Of a DNA stretch of 64,000 nucleotides, positions 26,885 through 41,600 are shown one piece after another (the first letter of the stretch is position 1; each line of letters begins with the position of its first letter). The DNA is from Paragordius varius. Lineage: Eukaryota; Animalia; Nematomorpha. Under the pieces are notes generated by a model, which had not been told where the DNA came from, searched no databases, and worked only from the letters and a program-made list of their open reading frames with translations. Both the position numbers and the translations under genes were made by a program. The stretch is taken from positions 7,006,001 through 7,070,000 of the forward strand of contig OZ176050.1 in assembly GCA_964247055.1 (NCBI GenBank), written 5' to 3'.

Positions 26885-28088
26885 TTATGTCGTTATTTTT
26901 ATAGTATGTTTTGGACAATAATATATTTTATGAGCTTGATATGAGGATAATTTTAAAAATTTTATATCACATATATTGCAATAGGTCGTTTCATTATTGT
27001 TTGTATTATTGCTTTTATCGCTTTCTTTTGCAGTGTCAGGCGAAATAAGAGGTTTTGTAAGCTCAGAAATATTTTCAAAACTTTTGTCCACCTTAAAATT
27101 TTGTATTGTCTTAGCATTAGAAGCGATTAGGCCTGCAGAATTACCGTTTAATTCCTTATTTTTTACAATGGATGTGTTGCTATTATTTAATTTTTTTGTC
27201 GTTTTCCGCCTTTGATATGGCAATTGAGCTTTCAAATTTGGATTTAGATTAGGGTTCGATGTTTTTACTGCATATCCTTCGGGATATTTGCAATAAAATT
27301 CTTTATGGGCCGATAGATTAGGAGCAAATTTGAAAGATAACCCACATCCATCACATATGTGTTCATGTTGTTCCATAACCAAATTGTTAAAATTTGCATC
27401 TTTATATGTAATTTTGTTTAGATCTTGGCTGTGCAAAGTGCTTTTATTTGTTGTATCATTTAATTTAAGGGTATCATTATTGATTTTGGGTGCGAAACGG
27501 TTAGTTAACGGAAACCAAGGCGACATAATATACGGTACAGACGAGATCATCATCATACTGTTATTTGCGACAGTGTTTGTTAAAACCTTTTCAAACATGG
27601 TTTTATAGTAATCATAATAATTTTTTAAAAGTAGCTCAGGGTATGAAGATAAAAATGTGACTAAATTATGATTTTTATCGCCATCAAGATTGATTGGTAT
27701 GGGTGAAGTCATGTTTTTTATAACAACATTCGTTTGTTTGACCTTTTTTGATTTTCTGGGTTTTGAAAAACTTCTGGTTACACATTTTTTAGGCGAAAAA
27801 TTCACTGCTACTTTATTATTTTTATTAATTAGACAAGTTTGTTGAGTTTTGGGTTCAGTCGAGTTATTTACTATTTGCAGCAAGTTTTTGCAATAATAAT
27901 TTTGATGGCATTTAAAATTATTTAGTTGCCGAAAGCTTATCCCACATTTCTGACACTCGAATTCCTTGCCAACTTCATCGATATCTATATTCGAAAAAGA
28001 ACATCTGATTTAATACTAAACATTTGTTTGCAGAGGTTTTTGATATGCAGTGGACCCCCAAATTGATGCCGATTATGGGAAAATGCAT
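26885..28088 (-). CDS. ZFPM: Friend-of-GATA/U-shaped-like zinc-finger protein
   Basis: Three C-X2-C-X12-H-X4-C fingers in one frame: CQKCGISFRQLNNFKCHQNYYC, CDGCGLSFKFAPNLSAHKEFYC and CNICDIKFLKLSSYQAHKIYYC. The 5' end is uncertain. Confidence 0.8.
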
Positions 28089-29637
28089 GGTAAAAAATAT
28101 GAAGAATTAATTTTTTTAATTAAAAATGTATTTTATCATATAATATAATAGTATACTATAGATATTTGAATAAGTTATTAAAATGAAATTTAAGTATTAC
28201 TTTTGGAATATTATAAGCGTTCCATGCTGTCCACAAACTATGAAATATATAAGCACACTTTGCTCGATTTTGAACGATTTAATTCAAAAATTAGGGCCTT
28301 ATTTGAAAATCGGAAAAATATGTTAACCTATGTAATAAATAGTATTTTCCAAATTACACTTCTATTTCAACGGTTTTACAGGTTAAAATATTAAAAATTA
28401 AATTAAAGATATCTTTTTATATTAATGAAACAGTTCACAAAAACGAATCAAAAAAATGGAAAAAAACCTTTTCGATTGGTAGTCAGGCTTCTTGAAAACA
28501 GCATTTTTGTTTTCCTCATTACTTCATACTTTTTCCGAATCGATCTTATAATTAATTTTCCCATTTCTTTGTGATTTTTATATTATTATTATCTATCAAC
28601 AAATGTAAATTTTCCACAAATTAAGATATTTAAAAGTCTTTATTAGTACAAAGTTTATTGCGAATCGGTACAGTTAAAATCGAATCTGGGAAGAAAGCAT
28701 GATTAAGGAATAAATAGTGGATCAATTATTATTTAAAAATTTTATATATACAATATTTTGTTGCCTCTAAAAGATAAGATTATAAACATTCTGATGAAAT
28801 TGGTTATAATAATAAGAATAATAATAATTTAATGGCATATCTATATAATGATACGGAGTGGCGAAAGATAAATTTTTTAGATAAAAAAAATAAGAAAAAA
28901 AACGTTAGTTAATATTAAAATTTAAAGGTTTTAACTCTCTATTCTTCTAAAAATTAGATATTTGATAAAGATTATATGTATATATAAAATATTACGCATT
29001 GTATTATAACATGTTAGGGAGAAAAACCTCAATATCAGAGATATGCTTAGATAAAACACAATGCAATATATATACGATTGTAAACTCAATTTGCTAATAG
29101 TTTTTCTTATTATATGTATATATATCTTATTGATGCAAAAAATTTTTATTTTATATATATATAAATATATATTTGAGATAAAAATATTATATGGCAAAAT
29201 TAATTTTTTAAGATAAGTCTAAAGAGATAACAGCTTCGTCCTCAGAGCAAAAAATTGCAAAAAAAGTCAAACTGTAATATATTTAGTAGCTATTATACAT
29301 GAAGTTATCAATCGTTTAATATGTTTATGGATAAAAATATATATAAATATTCGGAGAGCATTAAATAGCTCACTGCTAAATGAGACTTTAGTTTAAGAAA
29401 AAGTAGTGATTGAGTTACTTTATTAAAAATGTTATATCATATCTAATACAATCATCTTTTAATATTTGGTTTACCTTTTTATATCTATGATAAACTGTTT
29501 TGATAAATATAAAAAATATATTTTTATCTAATCTTATACATCTATCAATTAGTTATGTATAATTTATTTTTAATATATAATTATATCCATATTTCACATC
29601 TTAATAAAATACATATAGTATGTATGCATATATTTTA

Positions 29638-29785
29638 CAGTAGCGTATGGTATAAAACAATATCAGTCCATAAAAAGAATAAAAAAATGTTTTTTTATAT
29701 GAGTAGGTACAACTGGGTCTGTTTTTTTTAAAAACATTTTTTTATTCTTATATGGACTAATAATATTTTATGCCATACGCTACTG
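29638..29785. mobile_element. 148-bp hairpin MITE, Tc1/pogo-like (TA|CAGT termini)
   Basis: TA|CAGTAGCGTATGGTATAAAA...TTTTATGCCATACGCTACTG|TA, with arms of about 58 bp that are nearly complementary. Confidence 0.85.
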
Positions 29786-32582
29786 TATTTGCATCTTTAG
29801 AAAAATATGTAAAGATTGGCAAAAAACCTTCGGTTCATCAAAATTTCTAATCTTAATGATACATATATTGATGGTAAAATGGTAAATGTGGTAATGTCAT
29901 AATTTTTAAATTATTGATGAAAATCAAACCATAAAGTAATAATATGTGCGTAAAATTTGAATTAAACAGGGTATTGTAAATTTACATATGTTAGCATTGA
30001 GTAGACCACCAGTTAACATCAGTGTAATTTAACAAGGTCTTGATTTAAATTTGAATCTTTTAAAAAATAAATATTATTAAAAACATATTGATATAACCAT
30101 TAAAAGCCTTGATTCGTAAAAAAGACTTTGCTAAATAAAGATTTTTGAATAAGTGTTTAATTTTTATTGGGGTCTTTGAAAGTTTCATGTGTGATTATGT
30201 CAACCTTAGTTTCGCCTTTCATATTAGGTAATTTATCATATGATTCAGCTTTTTTGGAAAAATTTTACAAAATTTTGGTAAATATATATTTTTCAAATGT
30301 TTACCAAAATTGAAATTCTAGATATGTATAACCGGGAAAATGATTTTGATGGACAACAAATGGATAGTAGATTTAATGTTTTCTACTATTGTTAAAATAG
30401 TAATCATAGAGAGCCCTACATGTATCGATAGAAAATTGTATCAAGATGTATATGGGTATATTTGGTTTTGAGGCTTGCGAGTTATTTAAGAAAATTTCAT
30501 TTTTTATCGTTATTACTTAAGATCAAAAAATCACAAACTGAACCCTTCTTAATATATACAGTAAAAATTGAAATAAAACAAACGTAAAAAATTAATACAC
30601 ATTTTTTGTTAAAAGACAACCACACTTTTTCAAAACCTCGATTTTTTAACAATTCGAATCTTTCGCAACCCTTTATGTGAGTTATAATATGAAATTTAGA
30701 TCTTAAAGATGTAGTTGCCTTTAGAAAAATATTTCTCTTTATTTTTTAAGTTTTGTCTGTATAGTCGAATTTTTTAATTATTAAATAAATAATATTAACA
30801 AAGAACATTTTTTGGAAAACTTCCAGTGTCAGACATTTTTAAAACCCGTTAAAATAGGCTAGTGCCCATAATATTAACTAAAAACAGATATTGGCTGTAA
30901 TTAATATATTCTGGTTTCTTACATCATATATAATTATAATTTATTACAAGAAAGATACACTTTGCTTTCTTAACAAAATTTTACCATGTTTTTTAGATTA
31001 TTTGATGCAAACATCGGCAAAATTAATAATAAATATTTATTTTTCCGATGTTCTTTGCTACAAATTCTTCTAAAACCCACCAATTCAGATCAACCTGGAT
31101 TTTTAAATTCCCTCTTAAACATTTCTTTTATACCATTTTCGATAGTCTGCATAGTACCTTAGAATAAACTTCAACATATCTTTGTTAAAAAGGCAAATTA
31201 TGTTTTTTGCAAAAAAATGAATATAATGTGAAAGTTTACCATACATAATAAATTATCGCGCAATGGCCTTTTATATATATATTTAGGAACACATAATCCG
31301 ATTTTAATAATTTTTTCAGAGATATTAGTGTAGCCTACGAAAAATTTGGAAAATTACCAAATAAATACGATCCAAATTTGCAAAAGTTTGCTGATAAAAT
31401 CATAGAAAAATTAATATTTCTTACTTAAATTTTCTGTATAAGTTTTCCAATTGACAGATAGCAAAAATAGGCAAAATATATAGTAGATATATTTTTGCAG
31501 TTATTTTACAGTCTTATATTTGAAATTTAGTTAAATATTTTTTTATCCCCATATATTTTTCAAATGCGGCCTGCCAAGCCATTATTTGTGTTGGACATAT
31601 CTGATCTAATGCAAACATTGTTTAGATAACATAATTTATAATAAACAATAGCATTTAGCTACCAAAAAACTTTAACATTCGCCGAATTTAAATTAAAAAA
31701 ATTCATATGAACAAACACCCCAAAACTAAAAAAAACCATGAGAGAATGATACATGTTTTTATTAGTCAATATGTAATCGGGATAGTTATAAACCTTAATT
31801 TATAGAGTGTGTAACATTAGTAAAAAGGTCGTTTTAAAAAATTTTATTTTTAGTTTTTCCGCAACATCGACAATTATATAAACCGGTTTTAAGCGCAGCT
31901 AATATTTGTATGCAATAAAAAATATTTTACAGTTACGATTTCAAAAAAATATTTGTTAAGCAGATTGGTTAGCTTCACTAATGGGTTATTATAATGATGA
32001 TGATTTATATGGCACATTTATAAAGCACGTATAAAATTTTGAATTTTTCCGCGGTCTAAAAATTGTGAAATTTAAAAAGCCAATCTTTTAACCTTCACAA
32101 AATTATTCACATAACCAAAATAGTAGATAGATATTCATCAAACCTTTTCATTTAATATTATTTGATTTTATCTGTATTTTCCTATTATATTATACATTTT
32201 TATCACAAATAAACGTAATTTTTCCCCTCAATTTAACAACCTATAAATGCAAATAGTAAAAAAAAGCTTTTTTAGATAGATAACAGAAGTTTTAAATGAA
32301 AAAACTGATTAGAGATAATAAATTTTGTTGATTATTAAGATAAAATATTAAATAAAATTTTATCTTTTCTCTATAATCTTATGGCTTTGGTGGCTAAAAA
32401 ACTCGTTATCTACATATTAAATTTATTTTTACAATTAACCAAATATAATTCGATCAAACATCATGTGTACACATTACATAAACGAAAAATTAAGTATTAT
32501 TAAAAAATGTAATAATTTTAGATTATACCGGGATAAATTTATGCATCTTAAACACATATATACCAATTTTATATTTATATCA

Positions 32583-33763
32583 TCAGGTGTAGTCATAAGT
32601 TTTCGCTGGTATTTTTGGGCAAATAATTTATAAGGGAAATCAATTATTTATTTTATTGAAATATTGTCCATGTGTTTTTATTATTTCGCCCATTTCCACG
32701 GTAATCTATGAAGACGCTAGAAAAACGGATTGTATTTTGCACCATTCGGGTTAACGTCTTCGGAATTATCAAAGTGCTGCTCTGCGAGGGTGTGCTTGAT
32801 TGAAAAGTTGTATAGGTAAAATGGCACCAGGTCAGGAGAGTGTGGCGATGTGAAAAAAATTTTCATCGAAGCAATATTAAGGTTCCTTTCACCGGCTTTG
32901 ATTAGTGAGTCAGAATATTGTCATGTAGCAAAATTACTTGGTCATGTCTTTTGGCCCATTTCGGTTGTTTTTCGATTAATGCAGGGTTAAAATTAACCAT
33001 TTGTTGGTGATAGCATTGTATATTAATGGCTTTACTGGATAACTTCATAATAGACAATACAGCCTTGGTCCCACCAGACACGGTCTTCTTGCCAGAGCGA
33101 TTTAGTTTTAATATTAATGAACCAGCTTGGCAGATAATGAAAGCTACCATTTTTTCCGTATTTAATTTACATAAAAAAAGCCCCGTTTCATCACCCGTCA
33201 CAATTTGATGCACAAAAAAATATTGTTTGAGACGTTGTAGCAGATTTCACGATTCACTCTGCGATTTGTAGGATCCATTTACCGAGTATATTTGTCCTCC
33301 CCGCTGCTTAAAGGCGTCGACTGGTTGTTTTTCGTAATACCTGCAATGCATCAGTCAATAGCCGCTGAAGAGTTTAGGCACACTTGATCGTTTTTGCAGT
33401 GTACAGTATACCACAGCATTCACCTTTCACATTAAAATCCCTAGTTAATTTTTGAAACCATGTTTCACAAGTTTTAATCGATGTAGCATATTCACCATAT
33501 GTTTCCAACGAACGATTATTTTCAAACACCCTTTTACTTCTGATAAAATAAGAAAAAGCGATGCCTGCCGCGTATGTTCTTTTTCAGGCACAAAGTTTTG
33601 CATTAATAATGTGATAAAAATAAGACGCTATCTTTTAGCGAACCTTTGTGTGTGTTTGTAGTTTAATGTCAGATGAACAAAACCGGGTCTGTATCACATT
33701 AATGGTCTGCCTACTATTTGCGGTCGTTTTCTCTTATCGGTAATGTCTTATGACTGCACCTGG
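32583..33763 (-). mobile_element. Decayed near-full-length mariner transposon (mauritiana/Mos1-like)
   Basis: Terminal repeats (T/C)CAGGTGYAGTCATAAG, with TA at the right end. Broken transposase: MQNFVPEKEHTRQ, ETYGEYATSIKTCETWFQK, HQIVTGDET, LLHDN, SPHSPDLVP; frameshifts and stops present. Confidence 0.93.
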
Positions 33764-36700
33764 TATAATGGCGCTTAAAACTTTACAAAAAAAACATTAG
33801 TCCAGGTTACTAAAAAAGTTATTCTTCATAAAAGATAAAATACTGATTAAAAACTCTAAAATCTTTATTAGCATTAATTATGCACAAAATTATGAGATAT
33901 GATTTAAATTATATTAATATTTGGTTTTAATTCAGATAACCATATGTTATGCAAAGTCTCAGGATGAACGCCTTAAAATTTGTCTAAATTTTATCATTTT
34001 ATGGCACAAAATTTTATTTTAATTTTATATGTTCCTTATATATTAAAAAATCCAAGGTGATTCTGCATTAAACCCTACTGGGGTTTTAACCTTTTAAAAG
34101 TATCCTTATTATTTTAATTGTATGGTTTAATACGTTTTTATCGAATTGCTGTAACAAATATTTTTGGGTGCGAATTATACTATTTTTACAATGAATGGGA
34201 AAAACACAGTGCTAATTCTAAAAATTGGCTCAACCACGATCCACGCCTTGAAATATAATTACTATTCTTTATATAATTTTATAAGCCGTCTCATTTTCCT
34301 GAAAATCAAATCCAACATTTCACATTTAAAATATATAGATTAGGAGAGTGAATAACCGATTTTACAAAAAGCCACTTTGTGATTTTACTAACATTCAAAA
34401 TATTTAAATCGCAGTGGAAATAACGTTAGAAATGCTAAATTATATAATCGAGTTTTGTTAAATATAGACTTTATTTTACGCCTGCTATAATTTAAAACCG
34501 TTTATGCCCTAAAGGAATCACACTAGTTTACTAATGGGTGAGCCAATTGTCACACGGTGCGAACCGAGTAATTAAAGTTCATGTGCCATATATGAATCGA
34601 TAGCTGCTTCATTAAAATCATCGGAGTGATAAGTGCGGTAAAAATAACAGAAAAAAAGTTACTTAAATTTTTCCACTATTTGCCAAAATCAAAAATCGCA
34701 TTTTCATCGCACATTAGGTTGAACAAAATAGATTTAGTGAACGCGTCAAGTAAATTTCATTTGTTTATATATTAATACAATAGGATAATGAATGCAATAT
34801 ATTGTGGATAAAAGTTTTATATTTTTTAGATGGTCCCAGAAATACTGACAAGAATTAACCTTAAACACCGCATAAATATGTAACTACACGCATTTACTTT
34901 TCAATTTAAATATTTAAAAATTTGATTAGTGACAACGGAACTTCATTTTGAGTTTCTAAACATATATATGTCATTTTAATTATTATTTGGTTTTAAATGA
35001 TTGAAACATTATATGTGGATAAAAAAAATTTGTCCATTGGAGTTTTTTGCACTATTTAACTAACCTTATTTATCCAAACTAAAATATAATCTCTACTTAG
35101 TTTTGTTTTTAATTTAATTTTGCGCCATCTATAAAATATGGATTATTAATATGATTATAATAAAAGATGGGCTTTTTTTATTTTTATAATCTTTAAAATA
35201 TATCAGGCATATTTTGCTATTATTATGGTGTAATGGGAGTTAAAATTAATCAAAATTATGTTACCAAATACAATTAAATTATATTCCATCCCTTTTTTTT
35301 TGTAAAATATGTCGAACTGGAAAGATGAAAAATTGGTTGTGGACAGGGTACAACGATGTTCAAATTAGAAAATTAAAATCTTTAAATGAGACAAAATGAC
35401 ATATTGTTTATCTGATCTTACTTAAAAATCAACAACAAATGAAATTTTAATATAAAATACTTTCATAATTTAACTCAGGGAATACAACTCGTATGGGATA
35501 AATCACCTTCATGTTTGCATTGAGAAAAATAAGAATTTAACAAAGCCTGTTATTGTTTATTATCATATAATAACAAATATTACATACAATAAATACTTCC
35601 TTTTTATTTCTTGGAAAGTTGGAATATAGAATTTCCAAAATTTAAATTATAACTTCTGTTCCTTATTGAAATCGGCACTTTCCAAAATACTTTTAAATTA
35701 TTCTAATTTATAAACCGTTGCAAGTTTTTTGTAAAAATATATTTGTCAGTCAAAAGATGAGAGATTATTATCAATAGTATCAAATTTTATAGGCTTTCAG
35801 AATCCGTTTTGTTAATAACCAAAGCTATAAAAAATAAACGCGACCGGATAGCTAATTTAACTTTAATATTAAACGCATACATTCATCATCATAGTTATTA
35901 AAATATAAGAAATGTAACACTTCTTGACCTTTTGGAGAGTTTTTTTCACTCTAGGGCCATTTAAAATTTAATTATTTAAAAAATATTTTTAGCATTAAGC
36001 CAAATTTAAAAATATGTTTTCTTTAGAGTTTTAAACGCATGGTAATTTTTTGAAAAATGCAAAATAGTAAAAAATCCTCACTCAAACTTTTCCCCGATAT
36101 TTTTTTCTTTGAATTTTATTAAATCGCTAAAACAACTGGCAAATTGATGTATATTATGGTGAACAATATAAATAATTAACTTTGGAAAGCTTTCAAATTA
36201 CAATTTATAAGCAAATTTTTGAGAGATTTCGATTTTAATATCAGCAGTTCTTTTAATCATTTTTTGGATCTATCCGAATTGACTATAGAAGTTGAAAAAT
36301 TAAAATTTCAAGTTTTTTGATACAAGGGAAGAATTTGATAATTAAATCTGGAATAGTGAAACCCCCAAAATTTCGCGTACAAAAAAATGAAAATGCAACG
36401 GTGTTTAAAAAGAACGTAACTTTAGCAAATTCGTATATTAAATTATGCTAAGCCTTAATACTAGTCCAAATATATAACCTAAGTAAAACTAGTAACCGTT
36501 TTTTTACATTCGAATTAATTAAATGTAGCTTATACTTTTGAAATCCAATAAGTTTCTCTCATCGTGCATGAACTTCTGGAATTATAATTAGTTATTGTTT
36601 AATAAGTTTATGTAAAGTTATATTCTATTTAAAATACTATTTTTTAACATTATTATCTAAGGTAAGTTTTATAAATTTAGCACTCTTAAATAATCTTTCA

Positions 36701-37670
36701 TTTTGGGAAGGTGTCCTTTTTATTCATTAAACTTTAAGTCGTTATATTATAGCAATAAGGCATAAAAAGCTAAAATATTTTCCAATTTTGTACTTTAATT
36801 GTGAATAACACAAATATAAATTAACCTTAAAAATGCCTAAATGCTAAAAAATTTCAAATTATTTTTCAATACGGAAAAGAATGAATGTAACAGAAATAAG
36901 TTAGATGGCCAATATACTATCAAATTCACCTCCAATAGGTGATGCGTCAAGTTAACTCGGTTTCAGTTACACTTGGAAAAAATATTATCCAAGAATGTTT
37001 AAATTTTATATTTACTTTTTGGACAAAATTTTATCTTTTGGTACGATAGAAAAAAATATGAATATTCATGAATGAATTTTACATTATTAACATAAAAATT
37101 TATGAGTTTTACAAAAAATTAAAAAATTGAGATCTGACAAAATATAATTTATAATATTTGAATATGTTAATTTGGATAAATATTAAAACAAGTATTCTCA
37201 TGGGAAAAATTATTGTAATCTAAAATCTAATACATCTTATTATCTATAATATTACAAACATTATTATGCTGCTAATCACAAATTATGGTTCTATTAATTC
37301 AATTTTATAAATACTAATATGTGATTTAAAATCAAAAGTTAGAAAATACACTAAATTTTTTTCTTTAATATAATATTATTTGACATAACGCGAGTTTTGG
37401 GTAGTTAATACCCAAACTAAATATGAAAGTATTTGACTATTTGAATGGTTCTATCTATATATCAAATTTATACATTGTAATTTATCCATAGCAACATTAT
37501 TGCGCCATTTTTATTTATAGAACATTGAGCCTTTAGGATTTTTCCAACTGGTGTTTAACGTTCAAACTATATTAATATTAGCTATACAAATTATATCCTT
37601 TAAAATGACTAAAAAATTAAAAACATATTTGATATCGATCATTTTTATATTTTTTTATTGATCGATGCTA

Positions 37671-37948
37671 TACCATTTACAATTCAAATTCACCCTTAAA
37701 CAATTCAAATTGCCCTTCGAACAACTCAAATTCACCTTAAAATAAATTATGTGTTGCCAAGATTAAAAACTATATTTTTATATTTAGAAAAATGAAATAT
37801 ATTTTAAAATTAATATAATACTGAAAAACTAATAAATTATGGCATAAATATATATTACATATGAATGATGAGTTATATTAGCCCGACACATAAATATTTT
37901 TAGGGTGAATTTAAATTGTTCGAGGGTGAATATGAATGGTAAATGATA
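37671..37948. mobile_element. MITE family A, complete copy, opposite orientation to the 8757 copy
   Basis: TA|TACCATTTACAATTCAAATTCACCC ... GGGTGAATATGAATGGTAAATGATA|TA; interior atgatgagttatattagccc. Confidence 0.88.
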
Positions 37949-38606
37949 TATATAAATTTTTGTAAAATATTCCTATATAATACAATTTTCCTATTATTGA
38001 AAATTAAAATAGTTAACTGTGCCTCGACTCGTATTAAAGATGAACGCACCCACATAACTCGTGGCAATCTGTATTCAGGGCCTGCCTTAATAAAAATTTA
38101 TTTTTGAATAAAAATGCAAAGCTGGTTTAATATAAATTATGTCGAATTAGCTAAATCACAGGGATCCCAGGCAGTAAATATCAATCTAAAACCAAAATAA
38201 AATTAAATATACAAAGTAATGAAAGTTAGTAAAATGTAATAAATGCCTTTTGCTACGATAAAATTATAAATTTTTTATAACAAGTAAAAAATTAGGGTTA
38301 GTAAAACCAAATCGTAATTAAATCAGTAAGTTAACATAACTACCATTCATTAATTAAAACTAAAATTTTAAATAATTTTTTGTTAATGTACAAATTTTGT
38401 GCTTCGATGTTCCAATTGAAGGATTACAAATAACATACTGTTTGGGTATCGCAATAAGGTCATTTTAAGTTTAATCATTAATACCTATCAAGGTTAATTT
38501 GAATAAGGTCTGTATATTTCTAAATTTTCATCTATGTAAATGAGAATTTATGTCAGATATCATAAAACTATACCTATTGCATGATCGAGTCATATTTCAC
38601 CAAAGT

Positions 38607-41600
38607 TTAGGGTTCACTCAATAAAACGTTATAGGGTTGTTCGGTTACTCGAACTAAGAACTCATCAAGCTGTTTAAGGGATAAAGCATTGTGAAGAGTT
38701 TCTAGCGGTCGAATTTGGGGCACAGCAGGTGGTCCTTCAAACGTGACTGTAATGATTAAATTTTAGTCAGTTTATTTATCGATAATGATATTTCATGAAA
38801 TTTTAATTTTTATAAATATATTATTGTAAACAAATTGTGTGTGATGAGGTAAAATAATGATATAATTATAATTAATTTTAGATTTGGCATAGCATAAAAA
38901 TATAAATACGTTTTTAACGCAAAAGGATTCTTTAGTCATATGTTTTTTACTGTTGATCAACAGTAATAATTGGTGTTAAAAGTAAAAGTTTTGATATAGG
39001 AAAATTGAATTTTGTTCAATACCTCAAATTATAATAAAGCTGTAATTACATAATCAGTTCAACGCATATAATATAATTGCAGTACAATCCCTATTTATAC
39101 ATTTTTTACTTAGTAAAATGATAGTGTAATAAATTTTAAGAAAGTGAGATATGAGCATACCATCATGTAAACTCTCATGAGATTCAAGGGGGTTAGTGTT
39201 AGGACCACTCACAAACTTTCCACTAATTAAAGCCGTGCTTATCAGGCAACTGCCAGACCCTAAAAATAAAAACACACTATTATATTTTTATATTACTATA
39301 TTGATTAAATTTCATCAGTAGCCTGCATGCAAAAGGCAAATTATACATATAAACAGTCCAGTCATGTATCCTATATTTTATCAAAAATTTATTTTTTTTC
39401 GTTAAATGGGTATAAATATTTGGTAAAGAATGGAAAAACAAGAGCAATATGGCAATTCTTATACGTTTTGATATAGATGATATTGTTAATACCATAGTCT
39501 TGTTTTTTCGATTCTTTACTATATATTTATACCCATTTAACGATAAAAAATAAATTTTTGCTAAGATAAAAGATACATGACTGTAAGTAAAAACTTAAGG
39601 CAAAATTTTGCCATATTTACTCATATGTATTTCAAAAAAGCCAAAAAAACTTAAAAATTAAATTATAATATTCATAGTTATCTAAATAAAATTAAAAATT
39701 ATATTATCTCGATTTAGTCAAGTAACCTTAAAATTAAAATTTTGCCACAATTTATGTTTGAAATAAGGTGTATAAAACAAGTCAAAATACCAAAGTATGT
39801 CACACTAATAAAGCTATGTTAAAAAACAAACACACAGCAAGTAAGAAGAATCATTTAAATTATATTGTGATTATCGGTTTATAAAAGCAACGATGTCATT
39901 CGCCAAATTTAAAGCCTTTTTAATAAATAAAGCAAATATTAAAATTTAAAAAAAATTTGAAAACGCAAACGTTAGCAAATAACCACACACTCACAAAATT
40001 AATGCGAAAAAGAGATCAAATTTAGCATTTTTTGCATTCTTTCGAGCTAAAAAATGTTAACTTGATTTGTGGAATGAAATTGAACCATTTATGTCCAATA
40101 TATCCTCTGTCAAGTGTTTCCTCGTAACTATACCAATATATGTTATGACAAATATCACAAATACCAATAATGGTATCAATGTATAATTCGTAATATTGAT
40201 TATACAATGATTTCAGTTATCATACCGTATAATTAATGTGATTTTAGATACCTTTTTTTTCATTAAAAGACAAAAAATATTTATTCAGCAACATTTTTTG
40301 GATAAAAAAAAATAATATTTCACTCCACAGCATCTATTTGAAGTATTTTATGTTTATGAAAAAAAATTATGCTTTTGAATGAAAAAATACCTCAACAAAA
40401 AATTATATCAAAAAATATAATGGGAATAAATAGATACGTGTTGGAGTAAGGGGAGAAAATTTATTCTCAGATAAACTGTACCGCGTTCCAACATTTTCCA
40501 TGTTAAGCATCGACGGTTTTTCCATTATGCCCATTGTGTTTATCTTTTTAGCTACATACGATTTATTAGATAGCTCTTCGTTATCACTTTTTGCTATAAA
40601 TACATTATCAGATCCTAGGCCCAATTCTGTTGAGGATAGAATTGGAACTTCTTGAATTACGTTAATACTTGATCGATCAACTACATCCAAGTTAGATATG
40701 TGGTTTGAAAGCGATGCGTCAGATGTTGGTTGACTATCCTGAGACTAAAATATATAAAATGACTAGTCATTATTGAGAAAAGTTAATTATAAATTATAAA
40801 CAAAAAAAATTTATTAAAATTTGTGAAAATTATTATAAAAAAAATTTAAATATGAAATCTTTCGTCAATTAGGAATAATTTACGAATTCGTCCTTGTCAG
40901 AACATATCAGTTCAACATAACAATTTAAGAGTGTTCACATATCAAAATTGTTTATAGAAATCCTACAATCTAAAATAAGTCTCATCATTTATTTTACGGT
41001 CTTTTATCCAAAACTATCGGTTCCGTGAAAGAATATTAAATACATGAAATATAAATAAATTAATCTTATAGCTTAAAAAATATAAGCCATATATTATTTA
41101 TACAAACACATTACTATATCTTTTGCTATGTTGGCCGCGGTTAAAGTTTTATCATTCATTTTGAGTGGCGAAGTTGATGGGATGGTCGATAAGAATGGTT
41201 TTTCATTCAATTCAAACGTATCGATAGCAAAATCTCTGTATGTCTTATCATCAGCGCTCAAATTATCGCTTGAATCCGTAGAAACCTGAACCGACAAAGT
41301 CCGTTTAAACGGATGATTATAATTACCTGTCCTATAATAAGTGTTGGCAGAATTATTGCTAATATTATTGTTGCACGTAGTTTTTGGTATGGGACGTAGA
41401 GTATATTGACAAGAGGTAGGTGTAGATTGTTCAATTCCGTATTCACTTGGGGAAACAGTATTGTTAATAAGGGTATAAATGGGTTCATGCGGCATTGCTA
41501 ATATATTACATTGATCATTCATTTGCCCATTATCAAGAGCTATTAGAGCAAAAGGAAATGAAAGGTGAGGAACAGAAGCCTATGTAGTTGAACATAAGAA

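Noticed and set aside
4088-27608. Plus-strand ORFs 4088, 6142, 8435, 9025, 12471, 12912, 16340, 21261, 26997, 27330 and alternative-frame ORF 16091
   Set aside because: Antisense or off-frame shadows of real or putative exons, or of MITE sequence, with no independent motifs.
31080-31200. piggyBac transposase remnant (LRYYADYRKWYKEMF, minus strand)
   Set aside because: A single short resemblance without the GGVD motif or terminal repeats; insufficient support.
34510-34650. GATA sites as an autoregulatory FOG enhancer
   Set aside because: WGATAR matches are expected very frequently at this base composition.
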